32,000 bases of DNA from Candidatus Azotimanducaceae bacterium (GTDB lineage: Bacteria; Pseudomonadota; Gammaproteobacteria; Pseudomonadales; Azotimanducaceae), in assembly GCA_965227885.1 (NCBI GenBank), contig OZ245781.1:5640694-5672693 (forward strand), read 5' to 3'. A program made the position numbers and the translations under genes. The notes beneath the pieces are model-generated. The model was given only the letters and a program-made list of their open reading frames with translations, did no database searches and was not told the DNA's origin. Positions 1 to 6,774 of the stretch are shown piece after piece (position 1 is the first letter of the stretch; each line of letters opens with the position of its first letter).

Positions 1-1
1 T

Positions 2-322
2 CTATCCGAGCCAGATTCGTACGAAGGCGGCGAGCTGGAACTGACCACGCCGTCGGGTAGTCAGGCCATCAAACTGCCCGCCGGGTGCGCCATCGTTTAC
101 CCTAGCGATCACCTGCACGCAGTGCTTCCGGTCAGCAGCGGTGTTCGCCTGACCGTCGTCGGCTGGGTGCAGAGCCGCATTAAATCCAGCGAGCAACGTC
201 AACTGTTGTACGAGTTGGGCGACGTCACCCGCCAAATAGAAGCATCATCGAATACCACATCAGACGCGCTGACACGGCTGAAGTTTGTACGCAATAACCT
301 ATTGCGCATGTGGTCTGATTAA
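2..322 (+). CDS. piuC: Fe(II)/2-oxoglutarate-dependent hydroxylase, PiuC/YbiX (PKHD-type) family, 5'-truncated by the window edge
   Basis: The frame starting at nt 2 is open from the window edge to TAA at 320-322. The translation ...YEGGELELTTPSGSQAIKLPAGCAIVYPSDHLHAVLPVSSGVRLTVVGWVQSRIKSSEQRQLLYEL... matches the C-terminal jelly-roll end of PiuC/YbiX hydroxylases as I remember them. The ORF track shows only the internal-Met part, 122..322. Confidence 0.7.
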   Translation, partial: LSEPDSYEGGELELTTPSGSQAIKLPAGCAIVYPSDHLHAVLPVSSGVRLTVVGWVQSRIKSSEQRQLLYELGDVTRQIEASSNTTSDALTRLKFVRNNLLRMWSD

Positions 323-1341
323 CGCCAGCCCGCTCTGTCGTAGATCTGCACCGCCTCAGCCTGATTCTGTCCTAAAAGAACTGCGTTGATCTTATCTTCA
401 ACAAAGTCACTTCCCAACTGTTTAATGGGACCCCGCGTTTCACCCACCACCGGATACTCATTGTTCCCTTCCGCAAACAACCCTTGCGCAAAATCGCTGG
501 TCAGATATTCCATAAACTTGATGGCATTTTCTTTGTTGGGTGCAAACTTGGTGATACCGGCGCCGCTGACGTTAACGTGCGTCCCGCGCCCTGCCTGATT
601 GGGGAAAACAACCGCCAGTTTGTCCATGACCTCTCGCGACGCAGGGTTTGAGCTCGCAAGCCACCGCCCCATGTAATAGGTGTTGGCAATCGTCAGACCA
701 CACTCACCGGATGCAACCGCCGTCAGGTTAGAGGTGTCGTTGCCTTGTGCACTGCGGGCAAAATTCTCGACCACGCCACCGGCCCAGGCCTGGGCTTCGT
801 CAGCGCCATGGGCATCGATCATGGACGCAAGAAGCGACAGGTTGTAGATATTGGAAGAACTGCGCATGCATATCTGCCCTTTAAGCGCCGGGTCTGCGAG
901 TTGTTCATAGGCGTTGATTTCTACCGGCACGCCACGTTCTTTGTTGTAAACAATCACGCGGGCACGCTTCGACAATCCGAACCAGTGCCCCTCGGGTTCG
1001 CGCAGGTTGGCGGGTACGCGCGCGGTCAGCACTTCCGAGTGAATCGGTTGAAATACACCTTTGGATTGTGCTCGCCACAACCGGCCCGCATCCACCGTGA
1101 TCAAAATATCTGCCGGTGAATACTTCCCCTCGTTCAGGATACGTTCGATCAAAGCGTCACTGCCTCCTTCGATCAGGTTGACCTGAATACCGGTTTGCTC
1201 AGTGAAGCGCTCATAGAGGGTGATATCGGTGTCGTAGTGTCTTGCCGAGTAGACGTTGACCACTTCTGCACTGGCACTTGCGGCCCACACGACGCTCAAC
1301 AATACCGCCACCCAGCGACGGGGATAGGAGAAAAACTTCAT
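319..1341 (-). CDS. Fe(3+)-type ABC transporter periplasmic substrate-binding protein
   Basis: Start trimmed from the ORF-track start (1461) to the ATG at 1341. This gives MKFFSYPRRWVAVLLSVVWAASASAEV, a typical signal peptide. The mature part (VYSARHYDTD..., IICMRSSSNIYN-like, NQAGRGTHVNVSGAG) resembles FbpA/AfuA/FutA-type iron-binding proteins. It lies downstream of the ATPase gene on the same strand. Confidence 0.85.
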   Translation of the reverse strand: MKFFSYPRRWVAVLLSVVWAASASAEVVNVYSARHYDTDITLYERFTEQTGIQVNLIEGGSDALIERILNEGKYSPADILITVDAGRLWRAQSKGVFQPIHSEVLTARVPANLREPEGHWFGLSKRARVIVYNKERGVPVEINAYEQLADPALKGQICMRSSSNIYNLSLLASMIDAHGADEAQAWAGGVVENFARSAQGNDTSNLTAVASGECGLTIANTYYMGRWLASSNPASREVMDKLAVVFPNQAGRGTHVNVSGAGITKFAPNKENAIKFMEYLTSDFAQGLFAEGNNEYPVVGETRGPIKQLGSDFVEDKINAVLLGQNQAEAVQIYDRAGWR

Positions 1342-1358
1342 AACACGTTTCCAATGTA

Positions 1359-1396
1359 ATTCTAACAGAGCTAAATCTAACTGAGAATTATTCTCA
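1359..1396 (-). promoter_or_regulatory. Fur-box-like 7-1-7 palindrome overlapping a predicted sigma70 promoter for the binding-protein gene
   Basis: TGAGAAT-A-ATTCTCA at 1382-1396, against the Fur 7-1-7 consensus TGATAAT-n-ATTATCA. The 19-mer ACTAATGAGAATAATTCTC matches GATAATGATAATCATTATC at 14/19 by hand alignment. On the minus strand, -35 TTCTCA (1382-1387), a 17-nt spacer and -10 TAGAAT (1359-1364) lie 17 nt upstream of the ATG at 1341. Confidence 0.5.
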
Positions 1397-2437
1397 TTAG
1401 TTTGAATCGCGAAAGTACACGAGTACTCCCTGGGAGTCAAAAGTGACTGCGACCCGGCCACCGATCTCCAGGTCTGGTTTTGTTGCGAGCTTCACCCTCA
1501 GCCGTTCACTACCGGCCTGGAGGATCACAAGATAATGGTCACCTAGAAAACGAACGTCTTCGACGACCGCACCAGCTTTTTCTGAAGGCTCAATGTGTGC
1601 GCTCCCCGGCCGCACAATCACATCACAGGCTCCAGAAGTAATGGTCGTACCTTCGTTTCGAGGCACGGTCATGGAGCCAAACGCTGTCTCAATCTTGTCT
1701 CCAGAGACAGTCCCGGTGATCGCTTCGGTGTCGCCAAACAGTTCTGCCACAAAACGGTTTGCAGGCTGCCGCCAGACCTCCTCCGGTGTGCCGATCTGCA
1801 CCACTTCATGATCGCCGATCACCACCACTCGATCGGCCAGTTCCATTGCTTCCTGCGCATCGTGTGTCACCACAATAGCGGGTACCCCGGCCGCTTTCAG
1901 TGCCAGGCGCGCGTCCTCCCGCAGCTGTCGTCGCAAGGTGCTGTCGACACTGGCAAAGGGTTCATCCAGCAGCATCAGCCGCGGTTTTGGTGCAAGGGCG
2001 CGTGCCAGTGCCACGCGTTGCTGCTGCCCGCCCGACAGCGTATGCGGGTAGCGATCGGCAAGCGCACCCAGTCCCACAGCTTCAAGCTGTTCTGCAACCC
2101 GTTTGCCGCGCTCGCCTGCCGTTAGATCGGCAATACCAAAACTGACGTTCTCACCGATTTTCATGTGTGGGAAGAGCACGTGATCCTGAAACACCATGCC
2201 GAAGCGGCGTGTTTCTGGTGGCGGTTCTCGACCAGGTTCAGCCAGGACTTCACCGTTGAAGCTGATGCATCCAGCCTGCAGAGTTTCCAACCCCGCAACC
2301 ACGCGCAACAGCGTGCTCTTCCCGCTGCCCGAGGCACCCAGGAGACAAACGATCTCACCGCTCTCAACCACAAGGTTGATGTCGCGCAAAACTTCGGTTT
2401 TGCCATACCGGTGATGGATTGATTCGAGCACTAACAT
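1397..2437 (-). CDS. ABC transporter ATP-binding protein (iron(III)/polyamine importer type, FbpC-like)
   Basis: Walker A GASGSGKST, ABC signature LSGGQQQRVALARAL, Walker B LMLLDEPF, and a C-terminal TOBE-like regulatory domain. The 346-aa ORF has a clean start, MLVLESIHHRYGK. Confidence 0.9.
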   Translation of the reverse strand: MLVLESIHHRYGKTEVLRDINLVVESGEIVCLLGASGSGKSTLLRVVAGLETLQAGCISFNGEVLAEPGREPPPETRRFGMVFQDHVLFPHMKIGENVSFGIADLTAGERGKRVAEQLEAVGLGALADRYPHTLSGGQQQRVALARALAPKPRLMLLDEPFASVDSTLRRQLREDARLALKAAGVPAIVVTHDAQEAMELADRVVVIGDHEVVQIGTPEEVWRQPANRFVAELFGDTEAITGTVSGDKIETAFGSMTVPRNEGTTITSGACDVIVRPGSAHIEPSEKAGAVVEDVRFLGDHYLVILQAGSERLRVKLATKPDLEIGGRVAVTFDSQGVLVYFRDSN

Positions 2438-2497
2438 CTTGAGACTGGCGTTGGCCTCTGCAATAGCAGCGGGCGTTTTAGCGTAGAATGCCCAACG

Positions 2498-4180
2498 ATG
2501 ACAACCCAGGTACCGAAATTAACTGCTGAGCGGAAACTGCTCTTCCCCCGATTTTCGGTCTGGTCCACGGGGGCACTGCTGATCGCTCTGCCGGTTGCCG
2601 TGCCGATCATCGCGATTATGCTGACCTTCTTTGCACCCGCCAGCGAGGTGTGGCTGCATCTCCGCGAATCGGTGCTGCTGGAATACGTTCTGAACACCAC
2701 AGGACTTTTGATCCTGGTCGGCATTGTCGTCGCACTCTTTGGTCTCTCCACAGCGTGGCTGGTCGCCACCCAGGAGTTCCCTGGCCGCAGATGGATGACC
2801 TGGGCGCTTTTGATCCCTATTGCGGCGCCGGCTTATGTGGTCGCCTACGCCTACGCGGACCTGCTGGCATATACCGGTCCAATCCAGAGTACGCTGCGCG
2901 ACCTGGGACTGGCCGACGGGCCTTTGTTTTCCATCAGATCTCTGCCAGCCGCGGCCTTAATCCTCGGAGCAACGCTCTACCCCTACCTCTATCTCTTTGC
3001 GTTTAACTCCTTCAGTCAGCAGGCACAACCGCTCACTGAAGCCGCGCGCACGCTGGGTGCAAATTCCAGGAGCGCCTTTTTTCGTGTCGCCCTCCCGCAT
3101 GCCAGACCCGCAATTGCAGGGGGCATTGCCCTTGCACTGATGGAAGCTGCGGCGGATTTTGGGGTTGTCGACTTTTTCGGCGTGCCCACGCTCACCAATG
3201 GCATTTTCCGCACCTGGTATGCGCAGGGAGAACATCAGGCTGCGATGCAGTTGGCGGGCTGGCTCTTTGTGGTGGTGGCCAGCCTCGTGGTGCTGGAACA
3301 GCTGGCACGACGGGGCTCGCATGCCAATCCGGTGTCGCGCAACACGCAAGCCCCCCGCCGCAAACAATCCAAAGGCGTCGGCATTCTCTGCCTGGTTGTC
3401 TGTCTGATTCCATTTACTCTGGGCTTTGCGCTCCCGGCAAGCGTACTTCTCTGGCACACCGTCACCGTCGGCGATCCGCTGATGGGATCGCGATTTTTCG
3501 GTTATATCGGCAACAGCGTGATGGTCGCAGGCATCGCAGCAATCGTCGCGACCTTGTGCGCCGTGTGGCTGACATACGCGGTGCGCCAGAACCAAACTAC
3601 CAACAAACGCGTGCTCTCCATCAGCGTGCGCATCGCCACCCTCGGCTACGCTGTACCCGGTATGGTCCTCGCCGTCGGCTTGATCGGGCCGCTCACCGAT
3701 CTGGACAAGTGGCTGGCTGAGAACGTAAATCCCGTACTGGGTTTGCCTGGCGGTTTACTTCTGACTGGTTCGGCGGCAGCCCTTATCTTCGTCTACCTCG
3801 CTCGATTCCTCACCGTGGCATACAACAGCTGCGAAGGTGGCATGGCCCGCATCCATCAACACTACGATGCGGCCGCCAAGAGCCTGGGCGCCAAGCCGGG
3901 ACGCATACTAGCGCGCATCCATACCCCGATTATGACGCCCACAATCCTGACTGCTGTGTTGCTTGTATTCGTCGATGTGGTGAAGGAGTTACCCGCCACT
4001 CTGATCCTGCGTCCATTCAACTTCGAGACGTTGGCGACCAGGGCTTATCGCCTGGCATCAGATGAGCGTATTGCTGAGGCATCAACCGCCTCGTTGCTCA
4101 TTGTGGCTGTGGGTTTGATTCCTGCAGCGATGATTGCCTGGCAGAATTTCGGGCGATCAGATCCTGAGCGAGGCACCTAG
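2498..4180 (+). CDS. Iron ABC transporter permease, fused two-domain (FbpB-like)
   Basis: 560 aa and highly hydrophobic, with two repeated permease halves each carrying an EAA-like loop (TEAARTLGANSRSAFFRVALP and DAAAKSLGAKPGRILARIHTP). It is divergent from the ATPase gene. Confidence 0.9.
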   Translation: MTTQVPKLTAERKLLFPRFSVWSTGALLIALPVAVPIIAIMLTFFAPASEVWLHLRESVLLEYVLNTTGLLILVGIVVALFGLSTAWLVATQEFPGRRWMTWALLIPIAAPAYVVAYAYADLLAYTGPIQSTLRDLGLADGPLFSIRSLPAAALILGATLYPYLYLFAFNSFSQQAQPLTEAARTLGANSRSAFFRVALPHARPAIAGGIALALMEAAADFGVVDFFGVPTLTNGIFRTWYAQGEHQAAMQLAGWLFVVVASLVVLEQLARRGSHANPVSRNTQAPRRKQSKGVGILCLVVCLIPFTLGFALPASVLLWHTVTVGDPLMGSRFFGYIGNSVMVAGIAAIVATLCAVWLTYAVRQNQTTNKRVLSISVRIATLGYAVPGMVLAVGLIGPLTDLDKWLAENVNPVLGLPGGLLLTGSAAALIFVYLARFLTVAYNSCEGGMARIHQHYDAAAKSLGAKPGRILARIHTPIMTPTILTAVLLVFVDVVKELPATLILRPFNFETLATRAYRLASDERIAEASTASLLIVAVGLIPAAMIAWQNFGRSDPERGT

Positions 4181-5019
4181 CCGGTAAACGCTGTCGGCGC
4201 TGCCGGACACTTCACCGTCACACGCTCACCCTTTCTCGACTCTGGATAGTAGTCCCAGACCGCGTGGTGGTGGACAGCTCGGTTGTCCCACAGCACTACA
4301 GATTTCTCATACCAGCGTACTCGGCAGTGGAAGCGAGTGTTTGTTTCAATGTGTCGATAGAGCATGTTCAAGAGCGCATCACTTTCGAATCTGGAGAGCT
4401 CGTTGATCTTGTCGGTGAACGGCTCGTTCACAAACAGTACCGGCTTGCCGGTATCCGGGTGCTGGGTTACCACAGGGTGGCTCGCCTGCGGATAGGTCTG
4501 GCCTGGCTTAGGTTCATAGCCATAGTGGCGGAGATCCTTGAACCCGTCGTGAAACGCCGTGAGGTTCTGCAATAATCCCTGCACAGGCTTTGACAAGGTT
4601 GCGTACGCTTCCTGCATGTTTGCAAAGAGCGTATCACCGCCTCCGCTGGGTGGCACTTCGGTAATATAAAGCGCAGAGGCCATCGGGGGCACAGGTTCAC
4701 AGGAGAGATCGGTATGCCACGACTCGCCGTTGGCCACATCTGTATCTGCGGTGATGTTGATGTTGAAGATCTCAGGGTCTCCAGGAAACCCGAGCTCGGT
4801 TTTCGCCGGATGGGTTTGCAGTTCGCCAAATAGTCGGCCAAAGGCTTTGTGCTCATCCCGCGTCATCTCCTGATCACGAAATACCAGCACCAGATGCTCT
4901 TTGAAGGCCGTTTTAATCTCATCGACGGCCTCATCCGAGAGGTTGGCGAGATCAGCACCCTGCACCTCGGCGCCGAGCTTCGGGGTTAAAGGATCAACGG
5001 TAATGTGTTTGTAGGTCAT
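4177..5019 (-). CDS. TauD/TfdA-family Fe(II)/2-oxoglutarate-dependent dioxygenase
   Basis: 280 aa with the WHTDLS iron-binding His-x-Asp motif, GGDTLFANM, a distal His (HHHAVWDY) and RVTV near the C-terminus. These are typical of taurine/sulfonate dioxygenase relatives. Confidence 0.85.
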   Translation of the reverse strand: MTYKHITVDPLTPKLGAEVQGADLANLSDEAVDEIKTAFKEHLVLVFRDQEMTRDEHKAFGRLFGELQTHPAKTELGFPGDPEIFNINITADTDVANGESWHTDLSCEPVPPMASALYITEVPPSGGGDTLFANMQEAYATLSKPVQGLLQNLTAFHDGFKDLRHYGYEPKPGQTYPQASHPVVTQHPDTGKPVLFVNEPFTDKINELSRFESDALLNMLYRHIETNTRFHCRVRWYEKSVVLWDNRAVHHHAVWDYYPESRKGERVTVKCPAAPTAFTG

Positions 5020-5028
5020 TTTTCTGAT

Positions 5029-5556
5029 TCAGGTTGCGCAATACTTGGGTTCCAGATCCAGAACCTTCAACAATCTGCCAAAGCCGATGTACTGGCCGAT
5101 CATCATGCCCAGCTCCAGCACCTCGGCATCGCTGAATTCTGACTTCAGCTCGGCAAAAAATTCGTCGTCTATGTCATGGTGGCTCACGGCCATGCGTTCC
5201 GCGTACTCAACCGCCAACGCTTCACGACGGGAGAAAGAATTGGTTTCAGCGTCCAACTCTGACACTTTTTCTTCGGTCAATCCTTGTTCCATCGCCGATG
5301 GAAACCGGACGTTCAGTCACGTGAAACAGTCATTAAGACGGGCGATTTTGAGCCGCACCAACTCCTTCAAGTCACCTTCAACGATGCCGCCCTGATGGGC
5401 CGGATAATAAAACGCGTAATACGCATCAAACATCTCCGGCAGGTGTGCAACTGCGCGCAGGGCCGATGCGTCGGTCCCGTTCGCTTCTATCGCTTGTATC
5501 TGCTCCCGCTTATCCGCGGGCAGTTCCTCATCTGAAAGTAGATGTATGCGTGCCAC
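5029..5556 (-). CDS. AhpD/carboxymuconolactone-decarboxylase-family protein with a single in-frame TGA at the CxxC position (candidate selenoprotein, alternatively a nonsense pseudogene)
   Basis: Track ORFs 5317..5556 and 5029..5292 are in the same frame and are separated only by TGA (5319-5317) plus 8 sense codons. The joined product is 175 codons. It reads ...LVRLKIARLNDCFT[TGA]LNVRFPSAMEQGLTEEKV..., which aligns with the CMD-family core (l-a-a-N-x-C-x-y-C-x-x-x-H...G-l-t-e-e-e) with TGA at the second Cys. The start is GTG at 5556, preceded by AGGGGA. Confidence 0.7.
5280..5310 (-). promoter_or_regulatory. SECIS-like mRNA hairpin immediately downstream of the in-frame UGA
   Basis: The mRNA reads UGA CUGAAC GUCC-GGU-UUCCAUC-GGC-GAUGGAA-CAA-GGAU. 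There is a 7-bp perfect upper stem (5303-5297 with 5293-5287) and a G-rich apical loop GGC starting 21 nt after the UGA. A 4-bp lower stem sits across a 3x3 internal loop. Confidence 0.4.
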
Positions 5557-5671
5557 GCTTGTCCCCTGCCTGTATCGTCGAGAACAAGCGTAGCGTATTT
5601 CGCCGCGGCTTACCTCACGACATCAATAGAGGTGGTGTGACGCGAACAGTTGAGCGAAGTTTTATAAAGAT

Positions 5672-6550
5672 CTAACTAAGTGATGAGTCGACGCGCTTTC
5701 TTCTAGCCCAGATGAGCCCGAGCAAACCCGCACCGAGAAGACCTATGCTCGACGGTTCTGGAACCTCAACAGGATGATCTGGCAGTACAACGAGACCTCC
5801 ACCACTGAAATTGGGTCCGATGTCCAACTGGCTGAAACTGCTACTGCTTAGCGTGCCGTCTAACAGTTCCTGAAAACCCGCGAAACTTGCGAGAAACACT
5901 TCGCTCCCACCCTGTCGGTCGTCATCGGATTCGAGCAGCAACTGGTAGTTCATCCCATCGTAGGCAAGACCTCCCGCACTGAAATTGGGTCCGATGTCCA
6001 ACTGGCTGAAACTGCTACTGCTCAGCGTACCGTCTAGCAGGTCCTGAAAATCCGCGAAACTTGCGAGGAACACTTCACTCCCACTCTGTCGGTCGTCATC
6101 GGATTCGAGCAGCAATTGGTAGTTCGTCCCATCGTAGGCAAGACCTCCCGCACTGAAATTGGGTCCGATGTCCAACTGGCTGAAACTGCTACTGCTCAGC
6201 GTACCGTCCAGCAGGTCCTGAAAATTCGTGAAACTTGCGAGGAACACTTCACTCCCACTCTGTCGGTCGTCATCGGATTCGAGCAGCAACTGGTAGTTCG
6301 TCCCATCGTAAGCAAGACCTCCCGCACTGAAATTGGGTCCGACATCGAGCTGACTGAAGGTGCCACTGCTTAACGTACCGTCTAACAGGTCCTGAAAATC
6401 CGCGAAACTTGAGAGGAACACTTCACTCCCACCCTGTCGGTCATTATCGGATTCGAGCAAGAAATGAATCGGTCCCGCGTACGAGATGGCGGGTACTGAC
6501 AAGAAAAGCAAGGTACCGGCGAGTTTGAGGAGCTTGGTTCGAATGTTCAT
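5672..6550 (-). CDS. PEP-CTERM-anchored secreted repeat protein (exosortase substrate)
   Basis: N-terminal signal peptide MNIRTKLLKLAGTLLFLSVPAISYA. The C-terminus VPEPSSIGLLGAGLLGLIWARRKR has the PEP motif, a TM helix and a basic cluster. The body is four tandem 58-aa units. SD GGAGG lies 4 nt before the ATG. Confidence 0.85.
   Translation of the reverse strand: MNIRTKLLKLAGTLLFLSVPAISYAGPIHFLLESDNDRQGGSEVFLSSFADFQDLLDGTLSSGTFSQLDVGPNFSAGGLAYDGTNYQLLLESDDDRQSGSEVFLASFTNFQDLLDGTLSSSSFSQLDIGPNFSAGGLAYDGTNYQLLLESDDDRQSGSEVFLASFADFQDLLDGTLSSSSFSQLDIGPNFSAGGLAYDGMNYQLLLESDDDRQGGSEVFLASFAGFQELLDGTLSSSSFSQLDIGPNFSGGGLVVLPDHPVEVPEPSSIGLLGAGLLGLIWARRKRVDSSLS
5790..6463. repeat. Four tandem near-identical 174-bp (58-codon) coding repeats
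   Basis: The marker string ctgaaattgggtccga recurs at 5805, 5979, 6153 and 6327, exactly 174 bp apart. The units encode LLLESDDDRQsGSEVFLASFxxFQDLLDGTLSSSSFSQLDIGPNFSAGGLAYDGTNYQ with only a few substitutions. Confidence 0.95.
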
Positions 6551-6661
6551 ATAGCCTCCGAGATAAAAAGATAGGCCAGTCTGACTTTAAATAGGCAATA
6601 AACATGCCATGAAAGTTAGGTATCCGAATTCAATGGGTTGCCGCGTTCACGCCATTCCAAA

Positions 6662-6681
6662 CTGTAAAATATTATTTACAG
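6662..6681. promoter_or_regulatory. AT-rich inverted repeat CTGTAAA-N6-TTTACAG upstream of the PEP-CTERM gene (candidate operator)
   Basis: Perfect 7-bp arms at 6662-6668 and 6675-6681, about 112-131 nt upstream of the ATG at 6550. A further TTTACAG copy lies about 30 nt away in the same intergenic region. Confidence 0.3.
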
Positions 6682-6774
6682 AACAGTTTTTTGCGTGTCA
6701 TCCTTTTTTACAGTCAACTGGCAACGCCCTCTCCATCTCTCTGCCGGATCGGGGATAAACGCTGCATTCGTATG

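Noticed and set aside
1342-1461. An N-terminal 40-codon extension of the binding-protein ORF (MAGSQSLLTPREY...), overlapping the ATPase gene
   Set aside because: The internal ATG at 1341 gives a textbook signal peptide. The extension overlaps the end of the upstream gene and the Fur-box/promoter region.
2957-3595. A 212-aa minus-strand ORF, plus several other 60-120-aa ORFs inside the permease gene
   Set aside because: These are antisense ORFs in a GC-rich gene. The plus-strand frame encodes a coherent two-domain ABC permease.
5790-6463. Regular 174-bp repeats considered as a possible CRISPR-like or satellite array
   Set aside because: The repeats are contiguous with no unique spacers. They lie wholly within one open reading frame and translate to a conserved 58-aa protein module.
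6662-6681. Possible LexA/SOS box, because of the CTGT...ACAG ends
   Set aside because: The spacing is CTGT-N12-ACAG, not the CTGT-N8-ACAG of gammaproteobacterial LexA boxes. It is kept only as a generic dyad.
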